A stretch of DNA of 64,000 nucleotides from Candidatus Latescibacterota bacterium. GTDB lineage: Bacteria > Latescibacterota > UBA2968 > UBA8231. The position numbers were made by a program, and so were the translations under genes. Where the stretch lies: positions 1,056,001 to 1,120,000 of the forward strand of contig CBDCXV010000011.1 in assembly GCA_965223905.1 (NCBI GenBank). The letters run 5' to 3'. The number at the start of each line of letters is the position of its first letter. Position 1 is the first letter of the stretch. The notes below the pieces were generated by a model that saw nothing but the letters and a program-made list of their open reading frames with translations, searched no databases and was not told the origin of the DNA. Below, in pieces: positions 7,719 to 16,918 of the stretch.

Positions 7719-10149
7719 GGGCAATTTCCTCCGGAGTTCGAATGTCAATAGCAGAGTAGCCGTTCTCTCGATTTACCTTGTTGCAGACCCTGATGCGCCG
7801 CCAGTTCACCATGTGCCTGAAGTTCCAGCTCACCAGGACATCGGCCTTGGCCAAGGTCGCGAGAGCGATGTGCAGCGCATCGTTCAGGTTGGCCCCACCC
7901 ATGGCCCCAGCCGAGATGTAGGCATCGGCAAGCTCTTCTGCCTCTCTTGAAGTGGCGAGCAGCTCCGCGTGTTCCGGGGGAACGGTGCTGGTTGCCTGCC
8001 TGACGGAGGGCGGAGCATCCGCAAGTTCATCCAGAGTGATGCCCGAGAGGAGCATCTTGGCTTCTCCTTGGCGAAACATCTCGAACAACTGCATCGATTG
8101 TTCGCGGAATTCATCGTCATGGCAGCCGCCGATCACCGAGGTGTCCACGTAGATGCGCGGCTTGCCGTACTCAGTCGGCGGTTCGCGCACCATCGGCAGA
8201 TCGCCGAGCAGCCCCTCAGTCTCTTTCTCTATCTCTAGAATATCCGCCCCGATCTCCTGCAGCGTCCGCATCGGCTGGGGCTTGTAGAAGTACCGCGTGA
8301 AGCTGATCTCGTAGCCGATCCTCACGCTGTCCGGTTGAGACCAGGCGTCACCGGCATAGGGCAGGACCTCCCGCCGCAGGAACGCTTCGATACCCCCTTC
8401 TTCCTGCAGCGGAATCTGCTCGGTGTCGCGCAGATCGGTGTCCGGTTCGTACTCCACCACGACGGACCTGCCGTTGACCGTGGCCTCGAACCGGCCGCGC
8501 AGCGGGTCGGCCTCCGTGCCTCGTTCGTGGATCTTCCGGACGACGGGCGGCGCGGTCTCGCTGCGCTCGCAACTCTCCTTCAGCTTCTTGATCTCGGCGG
8601 CCTTGTAGGCGCGGTTGGAGTCAACTCCCTCAAGCCGCAGCGGCCGTTCGACCGTCACCTTCCAGTAGCCGAAAGCGGCGTTGTCGAAGATCCTGCTCTG
8701 CTCGCTCTCCTCGAAGGCGAGGAAGGTGTCGCAGATGCGCTGGATGTCCTCCCCGCCGAGCTCGCAGTTCTTCTTGCCCAGGTTCTTGCGCAGCGGCCGG
8801 TGCCACCCGGTGGCGTCGATCAGCTGCACCTTGCCCCGGCGATGCTCCGGCTTGCGGTTGGTGAGCACCCAGACGTAGGTGGCGATGCCGGTGTTGTAGA
8901 ACATGTTGAGGGGCAGGGCGACGATCGCCTCCAGCCAGTCGTTCTCGATGATCCAGCGACGGATGTTGCTCTCGCCCTGCCCGGCGTCGCCGGTGAACAG
9001 GGAGCTGCCGTTGTGCACCTCGGCGATGCGGCTGCCGCCCGGCTTCATCTTGGAGAGCTTGTTGGCGAGGAAGAGCATCTGGCCGTCGCTGGAGCGGGTG
9101 ACCAGGGAGTACTCGGGATCGCCGGCATGCTCGATCACGAAGCGCGGGTCGCGCATGTCGCTCTTGCCGCCCATGCGCTCCAGGTCGGTCTTCCAGCTCT
9201 TGCCGTAGGGCGGATTGGAGAGCATGAAGTCGAACTCGCGGGAGGGGAAGGCGTCGTTGGCCAGGGTGGAGTGCTCGGGGCCGCCCACGATGTTGTCGGC
9301 GGCGTCCCCTTCCCCCTTCAGCAGCAGGTCGGCCTTGCAGATGGCGTAGGTCTCGGCATTGATCTCCTGGCCGAACAGGTGGGTGGAGACCTGCCTGCCG
9401 CGTTCGGCGGCGAGTTGCTGCAGCACGTCCTCGGCCACGGTCAGCATGCCGCCGGTGCCGCAGGCCCCGTCGTAGATCAGGTAGGTGCCGGACTTGATCC
9501 GGCCGGCGACGGGCAGGAAGACCAGCTTCGCCATCAGGGTCACGGCGTCGCGCGGGGTCCAGTGCTCGCCCGCCTCCTCGTTGTTCTCCTCGTTGAAGCG
9601 CCGGATCAGCTCCTCGAAGATCGTGCCCATGCCGTGGTTGTCGAGGCCGGGGTGCCTGACCGCGCCGTCGGCGTTGTGCACGGGGGCCGGGCTCAGGTTG
9701 ATGTCGGGGGAGGTCAGCTTCTCGATCAGCGTGCCCAGGGCGTCGGCCCTGGAAAGCCGCGATACCTGGTTGCGGAACTCGAAGTTTTCGAGGATGTCCT
9801 GGACGCTGGGCGAGAACCCGTCGAGCCAGGCGCGGAAGTCGGCCTCGAGCTGCTGGCGGTTGGCGCGGGCGCGCAGGTCGCTCAGGGTGAATTTCGAGGT
9901 GTTGTAGAAGGCCTCCCCGGCGACCTGCCGCAGGGTCGCATCCTGTTCGATGACGCCGGCGTCGTCGAGGGTGGCCTTCATCTCCAGGACCGCCTGCTTG
10001 CTGTCCTCCAGCACCGCGTCGAGCCGGCGCAGCACGGTCATCGGCAGGATCACGTCGCGGTACTTGCCGCGCACGTAGAGGTCGCGCAGGACGTCGTCGG
10101 CGATGCCCCAGATGTAGTTCGCGATCCAGTTGAGGTCGCCGTTGCTCAT
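7711..10149 (-). CDS. hsdM: Type I R-M methyltransferase subunit with C-terminal PIN domain
   Basis: IWGIADDVLRD, YDGACGTGGML (motif I), NPPY (motif IV), GYEISFTRYFY; then in-frame IYVDTSVIGG...DALHIALAT...VSWNFRH PIN domain. Confidence 0.95.
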   Translation of the reverse strand: MSNGDLNWIANYIWGIADDVLRDLYVRGKYRDVILPMTVLRRLDAVLEDSKQAVLEMKATLDDAGVIEQDATLRQVAGEAFYNTSKFTLSDLRARANRQQLEADFRAWLDGFSPSVQDILENFEFRNQVSRLSRADALGTLIEKLTSPDINLSPAPVHNADGAVRHPGLDNHGMGTIFEELIRRFNEENNEEAGEHWTPRDAVTLMAKLVFLPVAGRIKSGTYLIYDGACGTGGMLTVAEDVLQQLAAERGRQVSTHLFGQEINAETYAICKADLLLKGEGDAADNIVGGPEHSTLANDAFPSREFDFMLSNPPYGKSWKTDLERMGGKSDMRDPRFVIEHAGDPEYSLVTRSSDGQMLFLANKLSKMKPGGSRIAEVHNGSSLFTGDAGQGESNIRRWIIENDWLEAIVALPLNMFYNTGIATYVWVLTNRKPEHRRGKVQLIDATGWHRPLRKNLGKKNCELGGEDIQRICDTFLAFEESEQSRIFDNAAFGYWKVTVERPLRLEGVDSNRAYKAAEIKKLKESCERSETAPPVVRKIHERGTEADPLRGRFEATVNGRSVVVEYEPDTDLRDTEQIPLQEEGGIEAFLRREVLPYAGDAWSQPDSVRIGYEISFTRYFYKPQPMRTLQEIGADILEIEKETEGLLGDLPMVREPPTEYGKPRIYVDTSVIGGCHDDEFREQSMQLFEMFRQGEAKMLLSGITLDELADAPPSVRQATSTVPPEHAELLATSREAEELADAYISAGAMGGANLNDALHIALATLAKADVLVSWNFRHMVNWRRIRVCNKVNRENGYSAIDIRTPEEIAHD

Positions 10150-10239
10150 GTTCGGGCTGCTCCTCGACGGGGGCTTCGGGCGGTGGGTTGGTGCTGGTTA
10201 TCGGGCATCATACAAAGATATCCCCCCGGCCGCCTTTAC

Positions 10240-11322
10240 CTACCGGTAGCGCTCCTCGAACACCCTGACCCCGGTGCGCACCGTCGTCAGCGCCAGCTCC
10301 ACCCGCTGCGCGAACGAGCCGTACATCCCCATCTCGGTGCCGAAGGCCATGCCGTGCCCGCGGGAGGCGTAGTCCATCAGGTTGAGACCCTCCCCGCGCC
10401 TGGTGGCGTCGAGCCAGAAGACCGCCTGCTGTGAGCTAGTGAACCACTTCGACGGGGCGTCGCCCTGCCCGGCGAGGGTGACCCCGGTGGCGGCGATCTC
10501 GCGGATGATCTCGCGCGCCGCCCGCTCCTCCCAGCGCTGGCTCTCCTCGTCCGGCTGCCGCCGCGCCGACAGCCAGAAGCGGTCCTCCATCAGCGAGGAT
10601 TCGTGCAGGTCGAAGCTGATCCCGGGCTCGATCTCCTCCATGAGGCGGCGGGTCACCCGCGGCTCCACCGGCGCCCAGGCGGTGTCGTGGAAGCGGTTGA
10701 TGTGCAGGATCTCGCCGTCGAAGCCGATGATCAGGGTGTAGGCGCGCCCGAAGTCCCCGGTCCCTTCGACACCGGGTTGGCCGGGGTTCATGTACACGCG
10801 GCGGCCGTACACCGGCTCGAGGACCCCCGGCTCTTCCCTGAACAGCCGCTGCAGCCGCTCGAAGAAGAAGATCTGGGTGCAGGCCCGCTCCGCGCGCGGG
10901 CGGCTGAGGGTGTACCCGTACTCGCCGATCAGCACGAGGACGAGGTCTTCCTCCTCGAACAGCACCTCCCCCTGTTCCCGCAGCAGGGACTCGAGCTCGT
11001 CGTAGGAGCCGAATTCCGGGGTTTCCCCGAGGCCGAGCCCGAGGGCGTGGGCGAAGCCGTTGAGGCCGGCCGGGTCGCGTGTCGGGATGACGTACACTGC
11101 GTGCTCGGTGTCGAGCCGGTCGATCAGCTCGACCGCGGCGCTGACCCCGGCGTGCTCGGTCGAGTGGCTGCCCGCGGTGATGAAGACGGCCGGCGCCTTG
11201 TCCCCGCCGCCGCGGGCGGCTACCAGGGGGGAGCCGTCGACGGTGTGGCCGAGGGTGCGCACCCGCGGGCTGCGGCGCCCCACCTCGTCGAGGAGCTCTT
11301 CGTATTTCCAGTAGATGTTCAT
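10240..11322 (-). CDS. M14-like zinc carboxypeptidase/deacylase
   Basis: ITAGSHSTEHAG (HxxE), FDLHE, GTEMG. Confidence 0.7.
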   Translation of the reverse strand: MNIYWKYEELLDEVGRRSPRVRTLGHTVDGSPLVAARGGGDKAPAVFITAGSHSTEHAGVSAAVELIDRLDTEHAVYVIPTRDPAGLNGFAHALGLGLGETPEFGSYDELESLLREQGEVLFEEEDLVLVLIGEYGYTLSRPRAERACTQIFFFERLQRLFREEPGVLEPVYGRRVYMNPGQPGVEGTGDFGRAYTLIIGFDGEILHINRFHDTAWAPVEPRVTRRLMEEIEPGISFDLHESSLMEDRFWLSARRQPDEESQRWEERAAREIIREIAATGVTLAGQGDAPSKWFTSSQQAVFWLDATRRGEGLNLMDYASRGHGMAFGTEMGMYGSFAQRVELALTTVRTGVRVFEERYR

Positions 11323-11378
11323 GGTATCCTCAAGCGGTAGTGGGACAGGAAAGAAATGGACCTGGATAGTATCCCTTC

Positions 11379-11407
11379 TTGACAAGCGTCTGCATTGCAT
11401 TCATATC
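11379..11407 (+). promoter_or_regulatory. Putative sigma70 promoter
   Basis: TTGACA-N17-CATATC upstream of the two small genes. Confidence 0.45.
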
Positions 11408-11446
11408 AAAAAGCAAGACCTTTTCTCGCCCAGGGAGAACCTCCAG

Positions 11447-11653
11447 ATGAATTGGGGTGATCTGATTGCAATCATCGCGGCGATAGGTGCCGCAACCGCG
11501 GTCAATGTGACCGGGTTTTTGTATCTCGGCAGCCGTATCGACACGCTGACGGGGAATATCGCGAGACATGGAGAGCGTCTGGTCCGAATCGAGGAACGGA
11601 TGAAGATAGTCTCCGCCGAAGCCTTCCAGGAACCGCCAGGTCAGGGGCAGTAA
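11447..11653 (+). CDS. Small single-TM plus coiled-coil protein
   Basis: MNWGDLIAIIAAIGAATAVNVTGFLYL...ERLVRIEERM; GGGAG RBS. Confidence 0.65.
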   Translation: MNWGDLIAIIAAIGAATAVNVTGFLYLGSRIDTLTGNIARHGERLVRIEERMKIVSAEAFQEPPGQGQ

Positions 11654-11859
11654 TGGACTGGAGCAGCTTCATCGCGCCTGGCATTGTCGGGGCTTTGCTC
11701 GGGCTGTACCTGAAGAGCATCAGCCAGCGTATCGACGAGATGGGCAAACGACTTGATGCCCTGCAGACCGAAGTGACTGCGCAAGGCAAGGCGCTTGCGC
11801 GAATAGAGGGCCGGCTCGACCCCTACGACCGCACAACGAGTAGCCCATCCCCTGAATAA
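11653..11859 (+). CDS. Small single-TM plus coiled-coil protein (paralog-like)
   Basis: TAATG coupling; MDWSSFIAPGIVGALLGLYL...KALARIEGRLD. Confidence 0.7.
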   Translation: MDWSSFIAPGIVGALLGLYLKSISQRIDEMGKRLDALQTEVTAQGKALARIEGRLDPYDRTTSSPSPE

Positions 11860-12013
11860 CCCGACAAGCCCTCGGAATCGGTCCTTTTCCGGGGGCCTTT
11901 TGTATCCCCCAACCGAATCGGAAACAGATACTGGAGCATTCCGCGAGACGGCGCGACGCGGATTCCGCGCGGGCCCCTGCCGGTCGTCCCCACGCGGAAC
12001 TTCGCCCTCCGCC

Positions 12014-12784
12014 CTATATCGCGGTCCAGCCGCCGTCGACGTAGAGGGTCTGCCCGGTGATCAGGCCGGCCGCGGCGCTGGCGAGAAACACCGCGGCCCC
12101 GGTGACGTCCTCCGGCATGCCGACCCGCCCCATGGGAATGCGGGCGAGCAGGTCCTTCCTGATGTCGGGGTCGTCGAACGAGGATTGGGTCAGCGCCGTG
12201 AGGATGAAGGTCGGACCGATGGCGTTGACGTTGATGCCGTAGGGGGCCCACTCGATCGCCAGCACCCGGGTGAGGTTGACGACCCCCGCCTTGCTCGAGC
12301 AGTAGGCGGCGCGGTTGTAGTACCCGACCGCGCCCATGATGCTGGCGAGGTTGATGATCCGGCCGCCGCCCGACTCCTTCATTCGCCGGGCCATCCGCTG
12401 CGACAGGAAGAACAGCCCCTTGAGGTTGACCCCGAGGATGCGGTCCCAGTCCTCCTCGGTGACGTCGAGGGCCGCGGCCGGGGCGTTGACCCCGGCGTTG
12501 TTGACGAGGATGTCGACGCGGCCCATCTCCGCGCAGGCGCTCTCGGTGAAGGCGTCGATGCTGTCGAGGTCCGGCAGCTTCAGGGGCAGGGGGAGGGCCT
12601 TCCTGCCCCCGGCTCGCACCGCCTCGCAGACCGGATCGAGATCCCCCATGCGCTCCGGCAGCTCGCCGAGCACGCAGTCCGCTCCCGCCGCGGCCAGGGC
12701 GCGGCTGAGGGCGCTGCCGATGCCGCCGCCGGCCCCCGACACCGCGGCGACCTTGCCGTCGAGACGCATCGAGAGATCGCTCAT
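12014..12784 (-). CDS. SDR family oxidoreductase (KduD/gluconate 5-dehydrogenase-like)
   Basis: SGAGGGIG, NNAG, YCSSK, VNAIGP. Confidence 0.9.
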   Translation of the reverse strand: MSDLSMRLDGKVAAVSGAGGGIGSALSRALAAAGADCVLGELPERMGDLDPVCEAVRAGGRKALPLPLKLPDLDSIDAFTESACAEMGRVDILVNNAGVNAPAAALDVTEEDWDRILGVNLKGLFFLSQRMARRMKESGGGRIINLASIMGAVGYYNRAAYCSSKAGVVNLTRVLAIEWAPYGINVNAIGPTFILTALTQSSFDDPDIRKDLLARIPMGRVGMPEDVTGAAVFLASAAAGLITGQTLYVDGGWTAI

Positions 12785-13686
12785 CCCTTCTCCTCCTCCG
12801 GGGAGCGCACCTCCACCCCCATGACCTGCTCCCACACCTTGATCATCGCCCCCTTGCTCTCTTCCCCGAACCCGCGCGCCAGCGCCGTCTTGTAGGTCTG
12901 CATCGCCGCCGAGGCGACCGGCAGCGGCACCTGCAGGGCGTCGGCGTTCTCCATCACCGTCTTCATGTCCTTGAAGGCGGCCCCCATCGGGTAGCCCTCG
13001 TCGAACACCCCCCTGAGGGCGCGCTCGGAGAAGTAGTCGAAGCCGAAGCTCTGCCCCGAGCCCGTGCCCACGACCCGGCGCATCTTCTCCGGGTCGAGGC
13101 CGAGCCGCACGGCAAAGGGAAGCATCTCCGCCATGGCGGCGCAGGAGATGTTGTAGAGGACGTTGTTCGTCATTTTGGCGAGCTGCCCGTTGCCGGACTC
13201 CCCCATGTGAAGGACGAGGCTGCCGATCCGCTCCAGCACCGGCAGCACCGCGGCAAAGGCGCCCTCGTCGCCCCCCACCATCACGGTCAGGGTTCCCGCC
13301 TCGGCGCGGGTCTCCATCCCGGTCACCGGGGCGTCGAGGAAAAAGGCGCCGCGGCCGGCGAAGCCGCGGGCGGCGGCGCGGGTGTACTCCGGGTGGGTGG
13401 TGCCGCAGTCGACGACGATGTCCCCCTCCTCCAGGGATGCGAACAGCCCCCCTTCCCCGAACACCACCTCGCCGACGGCATCCGCGTCCGGCAGGGAGAG
13501 CAAAATGCGGTTGCAGGTCCCGGCGATATCGGTGACATTGTCCGCCGCCTCGGCGCCCCTGGCGGCGAGCTCGGCCACCGCATCCTCGCGCAGGTCGAAA
13601 ACCGACGTGGGAAAGCCGCCGCAGACGTTGGCGGCCATGCGCCGCCCCATCAACCCGAGACCGATGAACCCGACTTTTTCCTTCAC
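12781..13686 (-). CDS. 3-hydroxyisobutyrate dehydrogenase-family NAD(P)-dependent oxidoreductase
   Basis: GFIGLGLMG, DAPVTG, GQLAKMTNN. Confidence 0.9.
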   Translation of the reverse strand: MKEKVGFIGLGLMGRRMAANVCGGFPTSVFDLREDAVAELAARGAEAADNVTDIAGTCNRILLSLPDADAVGEVVFGEGGLFASLEEGDIVVDCGTTHPEYTRAAARGFAGRGAFFLDAPVTGMETRAEAGTLTVMVGGDEGAFAAVLPVLERIGSLVLHMGESGNGQLAKMTNNVLYNISCAAMAEMLPFAVRLGLDPEKMRRVVGTGSGQSFGFDYFSERALRGVFDEGYPMGAAFKDMKTVMENADALQVPLPVASAAMQTYKTALARGFGEESKGAMIKVWEQVMGVEVRSPEEEKG

Positions 13687-13745
13687 CCGTTCACCCCTTT
13701 CTCTTTCCTGACGCCGCCGACCCCGGCCGTCCGAAGCCGCCGCTC

Positions 13746-14312
13746 ATGAGCAGATTCAAGCAGTTGGATCGCACCGACCTCGACGCCGAGCAGACCCGTA
13801 TCTACAACGAAATCGTCGAATCCCGGGGCAGCATCGCCGGACCGTTCTACACCTGGCTGCACAGCCCCGAGTTCGCCGACCGCGCCCAGAAACTGGGGGA
13901 ATTCGTGCGCTACCGCACCAGCCTGGGGCCGCGCCTGAGCGAGCTGGCGATCCTGATCACGGCGCGCTTCTGGGACTGCCAGGTCGAGTGGACCCTGCAC
14001 GAGGGGGCGGCCATCGAGAGCGGCGTCAACCGCAACACCATCGACGCGATACGCCAAAGCCAGTACCCCGAGTTCAACCGCCGGGACGAGCACGCCGTCT
14101 ACGACTACACCAGCGAGCTGCTCTACAACCGCTTCGTCCAGGACCGCTCCTTTGCCGCGGCCACCGAGGAGCTGGGCAAGACCGGGGTCGTCGAGCTGAC
14201 CGGCCTGGCCGGCTACTACAGCATGGTCGCCCTGACCCTGAACGGATTCCAGATACCGGTCCCCGAGAACTACGCGCCCACCCTCGTCGACTGCCCCACC
14301 TTCCGGCGCTGA
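13746..14312 (+). CDS. Carboxymuconolactone decarboxylase/AhpD-like protein
   Basis: GPFYTWLHSP, ELAILITARFW...EWTLH, GYYSMVALTLN. Confidence 0.85.
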   Translation: MSRFKQLDRTDLDAEQTRIYNEIVESRGSIAGPFYTWLHSPEFADRAQKLGEFVRYRTSLGPRLSELAILITARFWDCQVEWTLHEGAAIESGVNRNTIDAIRQSQYPEFNRRDEHAVYDYTSELLYNRFVQDRSFAAATEELGKTGVVELTGLAGYYSMVALTLNGFQIPVPENYAPTLVDCPTFRR

Positions 14313-14315
14313 GGG

Positions 14316-15224
14316 CTACGCCAGCACCTCGCAGGCCTGCATGATCTGCTCCGGACGCTTGATCCCGAGCAGGATGCTGGTTATCCCCGGAACGCCAACG
14401 GTCTCCTGCAACACGTGCTCGTAGAGGCTCCGCCCCCGCTCCCGGGCCGCCTCCTGCAGCTTGCTCACCTGCCCCATGATCTCCTCGTCCTCGAGCTGCG
14501 GAATCCATGCCGGGAGGTCCTCCGCCCTGCTGCCCGCCGGGATCCCCCCTTCGTACTTGCCGCTCAGCAGGCCGCTCTCCAGCACCCGGTACGGGACCAG
14601 GCCGATCCCCTCGCTGCGGCACAAAGGCATCAGGTCCGCCTCGATGTCGCGGTGGACCAGGCTGTACTGGGGTTGGTGCAGCACCGGCCGCGGCCAGCCG
14701 CCGGCGTCGCAGGCCGCCAGCAGGTCCTTCGTCTGCCCGCAGTCGAAGTTGGAAATCCCCCAGGAGCGGACCTTCCCCTCCTCGATCAGGGCCGCCATCG
14801 CCGCTACGGACTCCTCGACCGGCGTGGCCTCGTCCGGGGTGTGCATGTAGTAGACGTCGATCCAGTCGGTCCGCAACCGGCGCAGGCTGCGCTCGCATTC
14901 CCGCCGCATGTGGGCAGGGCTCAGGCCGCGGTCGTCTGCCTTCGGCCCGACGGCCATCCCGACCTTGGTCGCGATCACCGCTTCCCGCCTGCGGCCCGCC
15001 AGGGCTTTCCCGAGGAACTCCTCCGAGAGGCCGCCCGCGGACCCGATGTAGCGGGTGTAGCCTTCGTACATGTTGGCGGTGTCGAAGAAATTGGCGCCGC
15101 CGTCGAGAGCGGCATCGACGATGGCCGCGGCCTCCGCTTCCCCTACCGGGGTGCCGAAGAGCATGGTGCCGGTGCAGACTGCGGAGACCTCGATGTCGGT
15201 ATTGGGGATCAGCCTGGATTGCAT
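14316..15224 (-). CDS. Aldo/keto reductase
   Basis: GTMLFG, FDTANMY, IATKVG, SLRRLRTDWIDVYYMH, WGISNF. Confidence 0.92.
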   Translation of the reverse strand: MQSRLIPNTDIEVSAVCTGTMLFGTPVGEAEAAAIVDAALDGGANFFDTANMYEGYTRYIGSAGGLSEEFLGKALAGRRREAVIATKVGMAVGPKADDRGLSPAHMRRECERSLRRLRTDWIDVYYMHTPDEATPVEESVAAMAALIEEGKVRSWGISNFDCGQTKDLLAACDAGGWPRPVLHQPQYSLVHRDIEADLMPLCRSEGIGLVPYRVLESGLLSGKYEGGIPAGSRAEDLPAWIPQLEDEEIMGQVSKLQEAARERGRSLYEHVLQETVGVPGITSILLGIKRPEQIMQACEVLA

Positions 15225-15452
15225 GTCCGGTTTCCTGTCTTGTTGGGGGCAATGCGCCCCGCCCGGGCTTTCCCCGGTGCGGGCCGCCACTAAATAGGGC
15301 GCCTTGGCACCCGGGTTGCAAGGCGGCCACCGTCGGCGGTTCAGCGCCGGGCGGATCGGATTCCGGGAACCTGTTGCATCGCAGGAAGTAACATATCGGG
15401 CAGCGGCCGCTGCCGGGATCCGGAAGGATGAAGCGGCCCTGCCACACCGTAC

Positions 15453-16037
15453 ATGCGCGTCAGGAGAATAGTGAAAATCGTCCAGACGAAGACGGAGCAG
15501 GAGTGGGTCCGGAAAATCCGCAAAGGGGACGGAGCCGCGTTCGAAATGCTGTTTCGCTCGTACTGCCAGCCCCTGATCCGTTTCGTCCGCCGCTACGTGG
15601 GGGACACATCCATAGCGGAGGACCTGGTGCAGGATGTCTTCCTCGCCGTCTGGTCGAACGCCGTCTGGTCGAACCGGTCGCGGCTGGACCCCGCCGCGAG
15701 CATGAAGATCTACCTGTATGCCGCGGCCAGAAACCGGGCGCTGAAGCATCTGCGACACGGCGCAGTGGAGCGACGGAGCGCAGGAGATGTAGAACGGACG
15801 CTTCCCCGCCAGAAGACACCCGCGGATGAATTGCAGGGAAAAGAGCTGGCCGGCGCCGTTGCCGAGGCGATCGAAGCGCTCCCCGAGAGGACCCGGATCG
15901 TCTTTTCGATGAACCGCTTCGACCGCCTGACCTATGCCGAAATCGCCGGGATCCAGGGTGTTTCCATCAAGACGGTCGAGACCCAGATGGGGCGAGCCCT
16001 GAAATCCCTGCGCGACCGCCTCGCGCACTGCCTCTGA
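15453..16037 (+). CDS. ECF sigma-70 factor
   Basis: AEDLVQDVF, YLYAAARNRAL, LTYAEIA...TVETQMGRAL; start may be GTG 15471. Confidence 0.92.
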   Translation: MRVRRIVKIVQTKTEQEWVRKIRKGDGAAFEMLFRSYCQPLIRFVRRYVGDTSIAEDLVQDVFLAVWSNAVWSNRSRLDPAASMKIYLYAAARNRALKHLRHGAVERRSAGDVERTLPRQKTPADELQGKELAGAVAEAIEALPERTRIVFSMNRFDRLTYAEIAGIQGVSIKTVETQMGRALKSLRDRLAHCL

Positions 16038-16229
16038 ATTCCCTCCGCCGCCGATGCTGCGGTCGTCCCTTCCCTGGGTCGTTGCGGGGACGTTTCCCCC
16101 CTTGCCGGGAATTTTTTTGATCCTTGTCAGGGTATTCGCAGCCTCGGGGGTCATACAGATGAGCGAGCAGGGATATGTCAGGTGATTGCCCTGCTCACAT
16201 GCTGCTTCATCTGAACCCGGAGATTCGTC

Positions 16230-16907
16230 GTGAAAAGAACAATCGGGATTTTCGCCCTGCTGCTTTGCCTCTTCATGCTCTTCCCCACCGAAGAGGCAGC
16301 GGCAGAGCAGGTCAACGGTGGAGGGGACGTGCTCAACGAAGTCCCCATCTGGCCCGTTCCGCCCGGGATGACCCTGGAAGAATACACCGACGCCAACCGC
16401 AGACTGGGGGTCGGCCTGGCCTTGATGTCGGTGCCGCTCCCCGGGGCGCTGCACTTCTATGCCGGTGAAAGCAGAGAAGGGTGGATGCATGTCGGCGCCG
16501 CGGTACTGGGGAGCGCTTCCATAGTGCTCGGCGCAGCCATGATCGACGAAAAGGAGAATGCCTGGGAAGAGACGGACTTTGAAATCGTCGACATAGAAGG
16601 AAGAAGCGGTGAGGTAGTGCGGTATGAGAAGATACCCATCGAGGAAGAAGGCGGAGTGTTTACCTACCGGCTGAAAAAGCTCGATCGCAGAATCGAGGGG
16701 GCCGGGGCTGCATTCGTGGCCCTCGGAGCCGGTTTGCTGGTGGGTCAATTGCTGCACGACTTGATCGACGGCATAAGGACGATCGAGCGAAAGAGGGATG
16801 CCGTGCGGTATAAATACGGCAAGTCAGCCGGCTATGAGTTGAGCGTGAATCCCAATGTGAATGTCGAGCGAGGCAGCCTCGGGGCGCAGCTGGCGCTGCG
16901 TTTTTGA
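16230..16907 (+). CDS. Hypothetical exported/membrane protein
   Basis: Signal peptide MKRTIGIFALLL; PGALHFYAG hydrophobic hairpin; C-terminal LALRF. Confidence 0.7.
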   Translation: MKRTIGIFALLLCLFMLFPTEEAAAEQVNGGGDVLNEVPIWPVPPGMTLEEYTDANRRLGVGLALMSVPLPGALHFYAGESREGWMHVGAAVLGSASIVLGAAMIDEKENAWEETDFEIVDIEGRSGEVVRYEKIPIEEEGGVFTYRLKKLDRRIEGAGAAFVALGAGLLVGQLLHDLIDGIRTIERKRDAVRYKYGKSAGYELSVNPNVNVERGSLGAQLALRF

Positions 16908-16918
16908 TTCGGTCCATC

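Noticed and set aside
8335-10434. Long antisense/alternative-frame ORFs (e.g. 699 aa here, 875 aa at 52068, 827 aa at 19096, 813 aa at 14316)
   Set aside because: High-GC shadow ORFs or upstream over-extensions of clearly recognisable genes.
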